A stretch of DNA of 64,000 bases, from NCBI RefSeq assembly GCF_009914755.1, contig NC_060939.1; one strand, 5' to 3'. Position numbers and translations under genes: made by a program. The stretch comes from the human T2T-CHM13v2.0 reference genome, Homo sapiens. The notes beneath the pieces were generated by a model. The model ran no database searches, was not told the origin of the DNA, and was given only the letters and a program-made list of their open reading frames with translations. Numbering within the stretch: position 1 is the first letter of the stretch; each line of letters opens with the position of its first letter. Positions 1 to 18,581 of this stretch are shown one piece after another.

Positions 1-3889
<3,889 letters not shown>

Positions 3890-3890
<1 letters not shown>

Positions 3891-4990
3891 GCACTTCTCA
3901 CACAGTCTTCCTCCTGGCACCATCTAGGTTCCCTCCACTTCTACCACTCACTGTCCACCTAGTCCTGCAGCTCCTAGACACCAATGCCTTTGCCTCTATT
4001 CCCCTTTAGCCACATGCCTGCAGTCCTGTTCAGTCTGTGGACCTTGGCATTATCAGAAAAAACTTTCTGCCTCTTAAATCTTAAACTTGATTATTCTCTT
4101 ATCCAACTACAACTTTCTCCCTTATAGTACTTTTACTTCCTTCTCCCCAGAGACCCATTTGGCAGCTTCATCAAAACCTCCGGACCTGATGTATCAGATT
4201 CTATCCTTCTGCTACTCCTTCGCCACAAAACTAATGGTCACCCCACAAAGCAAAACCCCAACAGCCCCGTGCTCTGTGCTCACCTGTCAGCTACAGTACT
4301 ACTGGAAGAGGTCATTTGATTGTGTCATCCATTGCCAATATATGTCAGCTGGACCCATAGCACCCCCTGCAACCATCTTCCACAAGTCTCTGTTGGCTCT
4401 CACCCATTCTTCACAGCAATTAAATCAAACCTTCACTGCTCTCCTAAAGCCCCACTTGTCTACTGGCGCTCAGCAAACCATTTACCCTGTTTCCCAGAGA
4501 AAACAGGCCAGCAGACAGGAAATCCCTCAAATATCTGTCCCCATTTACACACTCATGTGCATCACTACCTATCTTCATCTCCTTCATTTTCATGCTTGTG
4601 TAAGATGGGTCCTTCTTCACTTAAGTTAATCCCTCCACCTGGGATCTGAATCATCCTACCTTCCATGGGACCTTGAGCCATCAACTATTCTTCCTGCTTC
4701 TCTTTGACCCTTCCCCTTCTACTCACTCCTCTCAGCAATTTTAACCATGCTTAAGTTTTCCCCATGACCCAAAGACACACAACACCCCTCACCATCACCA
4801 CTACCACACACCTTGCCAGATACTGATGTTGCTCTTTCCTTTTCTTCACAGGCAATCTTTTAATAAGTTGAATTATCTGTTTGCTTTTCTTGTATCATAT
4901 TCATTCTCTAACCAACTGTAGTCTGGCTTCTACCCCCACCACTCCACTGAAATGCCCCTAGCATAGGTCACTAATGACCGGTTGGATACT
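3890..4990. mobile_element. Degraded L2-like segment
   Basis: C/T-rich sequence with L2-like motifs (ccactccactgaaatg...ggtcactaatgacc). Confidence 0.5.
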
Positions 4991-5049
4991 AATTCCCATG
5001 GATGTTCCTTATTTCTTGATAATAAAAAGAATAATAATATGAAACATGT

Positions 5050-5203
5050 ATATAGCATTTACTATGTGCCAGGACTGTTTTAAGTACTTTACACATATTT
5101 ATTAATTTAATCCTCACGACACCCCATGGGTAGGTACTATCATTACTCCCTTTTTGCAGATGAGGAAACAAAGGTTCAGAGAAGCTCAAGTAACCTGTCC
5201 AAG
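5050..5203 (-). mobile_element. MIR fragment (host of the THE1 LTR)
   Basis: atagcatttactatgtgccagg...cagatgaggaaac MIR core. Confidence 0.75.
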
Positions 5204-5560
5204 TGTATTAATCTATTCTCACGCTGCCAATAAAGATATACCTGAAATTGGGTAATTTATAAAAGAGGTTTAATTGACTCACAGTTCTACATGGCTGGGG
5301 AGGCTTCACAATCATGGCGGAAGGTGAAGGAGGAGCAAAGTTATATCTTACATGGTGACAGGTAAAGAGGGCGTGTGCAAGGAAACTCTCCTTTATAAAT
5401 CCATCAGATCTCATGAGACTTATGATCACAAGAACAGCATGTGAAAGACCTGTCCCCATGATTCAATTACCTCCCACCAAGTCCCTCCGACGACATGTGG
5501 GAATTATGGGAGCTACAATTCAAGATGAGATTTGGGTGGGGACACAGCCAAACCATATCA
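5204..5560 (-). mobile_element. THE1 (MaLR) solo LTR inserted in a MIR
   Basis: tgtatta...aaccatatca termini; 5-bp TSD ccaag (5199-5203 / 5561-5565). Confidence 0.9.
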
Positions 5561-5884
5561 CCAAGACTACACAATCTCTCTCTAAGCACTTGCCACTTTC
5601 CAGAAGGAAGCAGGGAGTCTATCTTTTCCTCCCATCTCTCTGACCTCTCTTGGTCTCTTTTTTGCTCTCTTCATCTTCTACCTTGATTTTGACATTCCCT
5701 ATGATTTTGTCTTTTTGGCCCTCATCTCATGCTGTACAATCTCCTTAAGGTCATTCTGACTCATGGCTACATGCTAATGAACTCTTATCCAGGATGTACC
5801 ACACACACCTCAAACTCGACAGGTCCCCAACTGAACTTGTCAACCCTAAACCTGTTCCTCCTCCCTTGTTTTCCTTCTTAATTA

Positions 5885-6203
<319 letters not shown>

Positions 6204-6598
6204 AGCTATCTTCACTTATTCAGTAGATGAGGCTAGAATCTGGAAGACATTTCATTGTTTTTCCCTTTAGTTCCTGTACTCTGAGTTCCTTAAATTATTT
6301 ATTTATATGTACATGGGTATATACACATATACCTTTATTCATTATCTCTCAATTCTTTGACTTGAGAATTATTCACTAATAATTCTGAATTACTCAATTA
6401 TTCACTATCACTTGAATTACTCATTACCTCTCAATTCTCCTACACACTGACGTCACTCAGCTTATGCTTCCATACTACCCGTGCCCAATAGCCTTACCCA
6501 TCTCTCTGCCCTTCTCTCTCTCTCCTGGATGCTCCAAAACTTTCTCTGCTCTACTGGCACTGATCTTTGCCATCATTTCACTTAAAAACTTTCAGCGG

Positions 6599-6907
<309 letters not shown>

Positions 6908-8454
6908 CTTTCAGCGGTTCCCCAAAGCTTTAAGTATAAGTGAGAACTCTAGCATAGCCCATAAGACAATTTGCAACGTGGTCCTGCTTAAACATCCAGC
7001 CTCATCATTCAGCACTTAGTTGGAGGTGCACACATCTTGAAGAGAGAAGTTAGCTGCTCATTTTAAATATGCATGCAACCAGCTGCTACTTACCAAATCA
7101 TTTTACATTCAAGTCACTTAATGCCACAAAGTCTGTTTATTTCTATAGATAATGATTTTCCTAAAATTTCCTCCTCCTTTTGGACCAAAGTGAGGAAGAT
7201 TAATATTGGGAAATGCTGGTAAATTCACTTGGCAGAAGTTTACTGAGCACTCACCTCATAGAGGATGTGAGGTGTGGGAATATTAAATAGCTCTCAGGTT
7301 TTGCCTTCTAGTGAAAAAGAGATGGGTAGACAAAGCAGATGCTAACTTCCCTCTGATTTACAAATGCCCTGAGAGTACCACAATGGAGGCATCTGTTTCT
7401 GAGGTCTGGATGTGAATTAGCCGCTCTGAAGGCTAGTATGCAAAAGCCAATCACTTAGCTAGCAAACGAGCCTGGGTGAATACAAAATGGTCATATTCCA
7501 ACACAACTTTCTTAAGGGTCTAAAAGAATCCCAGTTTTCATTTACATTTTAAACAACACATGGGAAATCATTTGTTAGAGTGGCATTTGCTAATTTGTAC
7601 ACTCTCAAATATCTCTGGTGAATACCAAAGGCCTACAATCTACTAAATAAATCAGCATGTGGTCCAAAGCAGGTGCAAGTGAGAAGCAACAGGAGGTTAC
7701 CTCAGCCCAGATCAGGGAAGGATGAAGGATGCTGCATGTGTATTTGGTTTTGAATAGTGAGATCTTAAAATGGCAAAGATGGGACTGAGGGCCCTCCAGA
7801 TGAACAGAATGACAACAGCTAAGATCCAGACAGGCAAATGGAAAGCACAATTGGGTAACTTCTAGAAAGCCAGCATGGTTGAAACAAACTTCGGTGGAGA
7901 AGCTTGAACTGCCTGGCTATAGTGTCTGGTGCTTCCTCCAGAGGCAAGAAGAGACCAGTGACATGAAGGGAAGGTGGGGAAATCCACACAGTCTGCAATC
8001 CCTGCCCTGTCCAACCATTCATACCTCTTCAAATAGAAATAATTCAGGTTTGAAATGTATCTGAAGAAGCATGCCAAGTTTTCAACACTTTCTGGAGCAA
8101 CAAGTAAGGGTGAAAAGCTTTCACTCTGGCACAAGGCAAAGGTGACTAGCCATGACAAGCCCACTCAGAAGAGTGTGGCCAGAAATGCCCAGGGTAGGAA
8201 TGATAAGTCAAGGGGAAGACAGTGCAGTGGGTTCCCACACTTGCCTCTCTTTTCAATCTGGGCTACCACAGGCTAAACATCTTCTGAGGCTTCCTGCTTC
8301 AGAAGTTCTGACCTACTTGCTGACAAGCCCAGTTACCCGACAAGGTGAAAATCATGAAGTTTCAAGTATTTTTCCCTCAATAATATTTGGGGTGGGAGGA
8401 GCTAGAGTAAAGAAGGGGAAGGGAACAAGGAAAGAAATGCAAAGCCACAGTTAC

Positions 8455-8593
8455 CTTTCCTCGCTGCAGCCTCTTTCCTCAGTTTCCTCAATTTCTCCAA
8501 AGCCCGTAGAATGTCCACCATTCTTTTGGTATCTGCTTGTTTTTTCCTCACTTCAGATAGTACGCCATCAGCGGCTGCTTTGAGTTCCTGCTC
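8455..8593 (-). CDS. PDCD7: PDCD7 exon 2 (139 nt)
   Basis: Acceptor tctcttccag|GAG; translates EQELKAAADGVLSEVRKKQADTKRMVDILRALEKLRKLRKEAAARK(G); donor AAAG|gtaact; in frame with exon 1. Confidence 0.96.
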
Positions 8594-8857
8594 CTGGAAG
8601 AGAAACAAAGCCCATGAGACCTCGTATTAGGAACAAACTTACAGCAGAGAATAGCTGCCCAGTGGTTAGATTTTAAAGGATCAGACAGTCTCCAGGTTAA
8701 GAGAGACTCTATTGAATCTCCATCCCAATTTCTTAGGCCTTGCACAACTCCCCTCTAGCTAAGAGGTTATCCCCCTCCACTGATGGTACAACCTTCATCT
8801 TAAAGGAGAACCTCTCCTCTCTGTATCTTCCACATAGCACTGGTTTTGTTTCTTCCT

Positions 8858-9045
8858 CAGTGTTTCTCAAAGTGTAGTGCAGAGATCAGGTGTCCAACTT
8901 ACCTTGTTAAGCTGAGACTTGTTAAAAATGCAGATTCCCTAGACCTGAAGATTCAGATTCCCAGGAAGGATAAGGAATGTGGCTGGAAAGGCTGAGACCT
9001 CTACAAAGGTCTCTTAGTGACAACCTATGTTTGTGTTCCACTGCT
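8858..9045. mobile_element. MER5A-like hAT fossil
   Basis: cagtgtttctcaaagtg...ttgttaaaaatgcagattcc. Confidence 0.6.
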
Positions 9046-9332
9046 CTAAAGTCCCAAGGATCTCTTCCACATGACAGCCTTTCAAATACCAAAGATTGCT
9101 GTCCTACTCTTGACTTAGTTCACATATAGACTAAATAACCCCAGTTCCTCAAGCCACTCCTCATAAGACTCTGTCACCAATATCCTCACCATGGAAGCTG
9201 GGCATAATGGCATGTGTCCCTAGCTATTCCTACTCAGGAGGCTAAGGCGAGAGGATCACTTTAAGACCAGGAGTTCAAACCTACAGGCTATGACAAACCC
9301 GCTGCACTCCAGCCTGGGCAACAGAGTGAAAC

Positions 9333-9364
<32 letters not shown>

Positions 9365-10117
9365 GAGACAGGGTCTCATTCTGTTGCCCAGGCTGGAGTG
9401 TAGTGGTGTGATCACAGCATCACCATGCCCAGTTAATTGTGTTTTTTGTAGAGACGAGGTTTCTCCATGTTGCCCAGGCTGGTCTGGAACTCCTGGGCTC
9501 AAGTAATCTGCCTGCCTCAGCCTCCCAAAATGCTGGGATTACAGGAGTGAGCCACTTCGCACCCGCCCCCAACCCTCTTTTTTTTTTTTTTTTTTTTTTT
9601 GAGATGGAGTCTCGCTGTTGTCCAGGCTGGAGGGCAATGGCGCGATCTCGGCTTACTGCAACCTCCGCCTCCTGGGTTCAAGCGATTCCCTGCTTCAGCC
9701 TCCCAATTAGCTGGGTTTACAGGCTCCTGCCACCATGCCCAGCTAATTTTTTGTATTTTTAGTAGGGACAGGGTTTCACCACGTTGGCCAGGCTGGTCCC
9801 GAACTCCTGACCTCAGGTGATCCGCCCGCCTTGGCCTCTCAAAGTGTTGGGATTACAGGCATGACCACGGCGCCCAGCCCCAACCCTGTCTCCTTAAAAC
9901 AATAAAATAAATAAAATAAAAAGTTCACCATGGGTGGTGGAGAGAATCCTCTTGCCTAAAGTGCTCTCCCCCATCTGTCAAATAAGTGCCTGTAATTCCA
10001 CCACTACAGCTACAGCCAACACCAAGCTGTTTCACTTCTCCATTTGGATTACTCTGTTTCCCTGGAACTGCACCTATTACCTTCACCTGGGTGACTTTTC
10101 CTTTAAGACTCAGCTTA

Positions 10118-10288
<171 letters not shown>

Positions 10289-10425
10289 TTACGTGTCATT
10301 GTATCATTTGGGAAGCATTCCCTCAGTAAATCAGATGTTCCTTCTTTGGGCTTTTACAGCACCTATAGTTGAATTCCTAACACACACCACGCTATACTGA
10401 CATGATCTCCCACAGATCTCTAAGC

Positions 10426-11225
<800 letters not shown>

Positions 11226-11448
11226 TTACCCTGGCCCTGCTTAAAGAGTCTGAGATCAATACGCTTTGGAATTAGACAACTTGGGATCAAATATGGGAAA
11301 CTGCCACAAACTCGTTGTGTGACTGTTGGCAAGTTAACCTCTCTATGCAACTTCCTAACCTGTAAAATTAGCATAATACTTCCTACTTCTCAAGGCTGTT
11401 ATAAAGATTCAAAATCTGGTATATGTAATGACCTTAGCACACCTCTCT

Positions 11449-11565
11449 CTATATATACACAGATACATACATATATATACACACATACACATACATACAT
11501 ATATATACACATACATATATGTATGTGTATATATATGTATGTATGTGTATATATATATATATATA
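11449..11565. repeat. (TA/CA/TG) compound microsatellite containing a perfect 66-bp palindrome (11485-11550)
   Basis: Checked base by base around centre 11517/11518. Confidence 0.95.
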
Positions 11566-12332
11566 GTAAATGCTCCGAAACACCATTGCTGAACCTGGGG
11601 ATACATGGTTTAAAACTTGTAAACAAAAGAATCCTAGGGAAATCACTATTGCCCCATCAGCTAATTAGAGTATATATATTCCTTGAGGTAGGGTCCCCAA
11701 GTTCTCTATTTTTTTTTTTTTTGAGACGGAGTCTTGCTCTGTCGCCCAGGCTGGAATGCAGTGGTGCGATCTCGGCTCACTGCAACCTCCGCCTCCAGAG
11801 TAGCTGGGATTACAGGCGCCCGCCACCACGCATGGCTAATTTTTGTATTTTTAGTAGAGACGGGGTTTCACCATCTTGGCCAGGCTGGTCTTGAACTCCT
11901 GACCTCGTGATCCACCCGCCTCCGCCTCCCAAAGTGCTGGGATTACAGGCGTGGGCCACCGCGCCCGGCCTGTATTTTGTATTCTTAAAACCACCTAGGG
12001 CAGTACAAGACACAAGGAACTAGACACTTACTGGTTTTGAGAGTAAGTGGACAATGTTGGAGCAGGATAGGGGAGACCTGTCATTCGTGCAGTGCCACCG
12101 TGTAATCCTATACTTTGTGTTTACAGGATTTTACAGTGCACCTGGAACTTTTGTGTACCACACATCATTAACACAAAATTAACATGGTGGTATGAGCTGG
12201 GAAGGTTAGCTATCGCTTCATTTTGCGCGTAAAACAGAGGCTTAGCCCTGGGAAATGGAAGTTTAAAGCCTCCTGCTGCTCCAGGTTCCAACCACCACCA
12301 CTCCTACCCCCATGAGCGGCCGCTGCTCTCAC

Positions 12333-13202
12333 CCGCTTCTTCTCCTCCACCTCCTGCACACACTTCACCCTCCAGCGGTCAATCTCCTGCTCGCGTTCCA
12401 CTGCCCGCGCGGCCTCTGCCTCCCGCTCGGCCTCGCGTTCCCGGGCCCTCTCGCGAAGCCGCAGCCGGCGGCGCCGGACCCTCTCCAGCCTCCTCCGCGC
12501 CTCGCCCACATAGGCAGCCTGGGTCAACGGCTGTAGCCGCTCGGCCAGTTCCGCGCGCAGCGGCGCGGTCTGGGAGTACAGCAGGACCCAGGCCGCGCCG
12601 TCGGCTTCGGCCTCGCGCAGGGCCTGGCTCAGGCCGCGCAGCCGCCGCACCAGGCGCAGAGCCCGGAGCAATCGCGCGCGCACTTCGCCAAGGCTGGGCC
12701 CGGCATGCGTGCGCTGGGGCACCGGACAGCCTGCCCGCCGCGGGGTCCCGAACACCGCCTCCAGCCACTGCCGGTCGCGCAGGCGTTGGAGGGCCGCATC
12801 CCCGAGCACGTCGGCCGGCGGCGGCGGCGCCTCAGGCCACCGCGGGCTCCAGGGCGGCCCCGGGCCGGGAGGCGGTGGCCGCGGCCGCTCGCCGGCGTCG
12901 GTCCCCGGGAAGGGCCGACACTGGGGCGGCGGAGGAGGCAGCGGCGGTGGTGGCACCGGGTAGAAGGCGCCAGCGCCGCCTCCGCCGCGGGAGGCCTCCG
13001 CGGAGGCTCGGGGCTGCAGAGCCAGCGGAGGCTGAAGGAAGGGGGCGGAGGCCCCCGGAAAAGGGCCGGGCCGCTGGGGGAGAGGCGGCGGGAAAGCCGG
13101 GGAGGGCAGCGGCGGTGGCGGACAGCCGAAAGGAGCAGGAGGCGGCGGCTGCGGGGGCGGTGGGCCTGGGCGACCCTGGCCGAAGAATGGTGGCAGGGCC
13201 AT
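12333..13202 (-). CDS. PDCD7: PDCD7 exon 1 coding part (870 nt, codons 1-290); U11 snRNP 59K protein, Pro-rich N-terminus plus Arg/Glu-rich helical region
   Basis: Translates MALPPFFGQGRPGPPPPQ...VKCVQEVEEKKR, matching known PDCD7; ATG at 13202-13200; donor CGG|GTGAGA at 12333, phase 0. Confidence 0.97.
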
Positions 13203-13260
13203 GTTCACGACGGAGATGCTTTGAGAAGTGACAGGAATCTGAGTGGCTCCTCATGAGAAC

Positions 13261-13320
13261 CTTCCGACGGAAGTGACGTCGTTACGACGCGCGACCCCTG
13301 TAGACTCGTCCCTCCGGAAG
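13261..13320. promoter_or_regulatory. PDCD7: PDCD7 proximal promoter: inverted ETS pair, ETS-CRE composite and a further ETS site
   Basis: CTTCCG-A-CGGAAG at 13261-13273, CGGAAGTGACGTC at 13268-13280, CCGGAAG at 13314-13320; ~60-120 nt upstream of the ATG; no TATA box seen. Confidence 0.75.
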
Positions 13321-13734
13321 GCTCAGTGCATAAGTGGGCAGTCGTTCAACCTTCTGTCGTTCAGTTCATAAATACCGTTCTTATTGAGCATCCTAGGTGC
13401 AGAGCTACCCACTCCGCATACAGTGAGACTGAGAGATACAGAGCTTCTCTTCGTGGAACTATCTGCCTAGTATAACACACTAATCAATTAATCATGGTGA
13501 GTATCTTCGAGAAGTTGGAGAAGGTTATCCTAAGAAACTGCGGCTGCAGCTGAGATCTGGAAGATAAATAGTTAAATAGAAAAAGAGAGGGAAGCACAGT
13601 GCAGATGAGAACATGTGCAAAGGCCCTAGTAAATAGGAGTGTGACCAACTACCCATTTTCTTAGAAAAATGAATTATTTTTACTTTTCTCCTTTCACCCC
13701 ACCTCCTATTTAGCTCTTTAGGAATGCAATTATA

Positions 13735-15671
<1,937 letters not shown>

Positions 15672-15724
15672 GGGAAACTATTGGTTTTAAACAAGAGGTA
15701 AAGAGAAGCCTGTGCCACCTGATT

Positions 15725-15861
15725 AGATTTTTAAAATTAAACTATTTTGAGACAATTGTAGATTCATATGGAATATGAGAAGTAGTAATACAGGGAGATT
15801 CTGTGTACCCTTTACCCAGTTTCCCCTAAGGGTAACATCTTGTAAAACTGTAGTACAGTAT
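15725..15861 (-). mobile_element. Old L1M (L1MC-like) 3' fragment, left half of the host of the LTR nest
   Basis: gtgtaccctttacccagtttccc...ttgtaaaactgtagtacagtat; continues at ~20345. Confidence 0.7.
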
Positions 15862-17788
15862 TGTCAGAGGCATTTGAACCAGAGTGACTCCATCTTGAGT
15901 GAGGGCTAGGAAAAGTGAAGCTGGGACTTGCTTGGCTGCATTCCCAGGAAGTTAGGTATTCCTAGCCTCTAGATGTTTATGGTTAAGGGAACAGACTAAT
16001 AACATTTACTAAACAGACCCGTACTTAGGAGTGTCCTGAGATCCCGATATTTTGAGAATAGAAGCATTCCTAATTTTGCTTTAAAGATAATAATGTTGAT
16101 TCTTGTAAAATATAGTAATTTAAAAAATTAATCCTTTATCACAAACCCTTGTGGCAGAGCACATCTCCCCATGATCTTTTTTTATCCTATATATAAGCAA
16201 GCATTCTACCTAGGGTGGACACGTTTCTCCTCTTACTTTCAGGAACGCCCTACTGTCTATGGAGTAGATATTCTTTCACCACTTTACTTTCTTAATAAAC
16301 TTGCTTTTGCTTTGCACTGTGGACTTGCCCTGAAATCTTTCTTGCACAAGATCCAAGGACCCTCTGTATTAGTCTGTTTTCATGCTGCTAATAAAGACAT
16401 ACCTGAGACTGGGTAATTTATACAGGAAAAAGGTTTAATGGATTTACAGTTCCACATGGCTAGGGAGGCCTCACAATCATTTGGAATGCTGGGATTACAG
16501 GCGTGAGCCAGTGCACCCGGCCCCAGACCTCAATTCTTGACTTTTGCGCACCCGCAGGCTCAACACCATGTGGAAGCTGTGAAGGCTTGGGGCTTGCACC
16601 CTCTGAAGCCACAGCCCAAGCTGTACCTTGGCCCCTTTTAGTCACGACTGGAGTGGCTGGGACACAGGGCACCAAGTCCCTAGACTGCACACAGCAGCGG
16701 GACCCTGGGCCTGGGTCATGAAACCATTTTTTCCTCCTAGGCCTCTGGGCCTGTGTTGGGAGGGGCTGCCGCAAAGATCTCTGACATGCCCTGGAGACAT
16801 TTTCCCTATTGTCTTGGAGATTAACATTCAACTCCTCGTTACTTATGCAAATTTCTGCAGCTGGCTTGAATTTCTCCTCCGAAAATGGGATTTTCTTTTC
16901 TATGGCATTGTCAGGCTGCACATTTTTTGAACTTTTATGTTCTATTTCCCTTTTAAAACTTGATGCCTTTAACAGCACCCAAGTCACTTATTGAATGCTT
17001 TGCTGCTTAAAAATTTCTTCTGCCAGATACCCTAAGTCATCTCTCCTAAGTTCAAAGTTCCACAAATCTCTAAGGCAGAAGCAAAATGCTGCCAGTCTCT
17101 TTGCTAAAACATAACAAGAGTCCCCCTTGCACCAGTTCCTAATGAGTTTCTCATCTCCATCTGAGACCACCTCAGCCTGGATTTCATTGTCCATATCATT
17201 ATCAGCATTTTGGTCAAAGCCGTTCAACAAGTCTCTAGGGAGTTCCAAACTTTCCCACATTTTCCTGTCTTCTGAGCCCTCTAAACTGTTAACCTCTGCC
17301 TGTTACCCAGTTTCAAAGTTGCTTCTACATTTTTGGGTATCTTTTAAACAGTGCCCCACTCTACGGGTACCAATTTACTGTATTAGTCTGTTTCCACGCT
17401 GCTGATAAAGACATATTCAAGACTGGGCAATTTACAAAAGAAAGTGGTTTAATGGACTTACAGTTCCACATGGCTGAGGAGGCCTCACAATCATGGCGGA
17501 AGGCAAGGAGGAGCAAGTCACATCTTACATGGATGGCAGCAGGCAGAAAGAGAGCTTGTGGAGGGAAACTCCTCTTTATAAAACTATCATATCTCATAAG
17601 ACTTATTCACTACCATGAGAACAGTATGGGGGGAACCACCCCCATGATTCAGTTATTTCCCATTGGGTCCCTCCCACAACACATGGGAATTACGGGAGTA
17701 CAATTCAAGATGAGATTTGGGTGGGGACACAGAGCCAAATCATATCACCCTCTCTTGGGATCTGGATTGGGACCCCTTTCCAGTAACA
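15862..17788 (+). mobile_element. MER41-family (ERV1) solo LTR, split by a THE1 insertion at 16365-17747
   Basis: Starts tgtcagagggcatttgaaccagagtgactccatcttg; AATAAA near 16294; ends ggacccctttccagtaaca. Confidence 0.85.
16365..17747 (-). mobile_element. THE1 element: intact LTR 17379-17747, internal region 16523-17378, truncated LTR 16365-16480
   Basis: 5-bp TSD ccctc (16360-16364 / 17748-17752); ORF remnant MWESLELPRDLLNGFDQNADNDMDNEIQAEVVSDGDE typical of THE1-int. Confidence 0.9.
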
Positions 17789-17798
17789 ATATTGAAAC

Positions 17799-18558
<760 letters not shown>

Positions 18559-18581
18559 AAACCATCCCTAAAAAAACTTTT

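Larger units (their letters stand above)
12300..13330. promoter_or_regulatory. PDCD7: CpG island covering the PDCD7 promoter and exon 1
   Basis: Very high GC and CpG density against CpG-depleted flanks. Confidence 0.92.

Noticed and set aside
4087-4629. 180-aa plus-strand ORF
   Set aside because: Lies in degraded L2-like C/T-rich sequence, starts at TTG, has no recognisable domain
7716-7735. GCATCCTTCATCCTT on the minus strand as a possible USSE (tandem U11 sites as in SNRNP48/RNPC3)
   Set aside because: Neither copy matches RTATCCTT; I saw no canonical tandem U12-type 5' sites in the visible PDCD7 introns
12210-12332. C-terminal 40 aa of the 332-aa ORF
   Set aside because: Read-through into intron 1 beyond the GTGAGA donor
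12379-13256. Several long antisense/alternative-frame ORFs over PDCD7 exon 1
   Set aside because: Expected from the scarcity of stop codons in a very GC-rich exon; no independent support
16460-17260. 90-aa and 175-aa minus-strand ORFs
   Set aside because: Broken remnant of the THE1 internal ORF; truncated by a stop and the deletion
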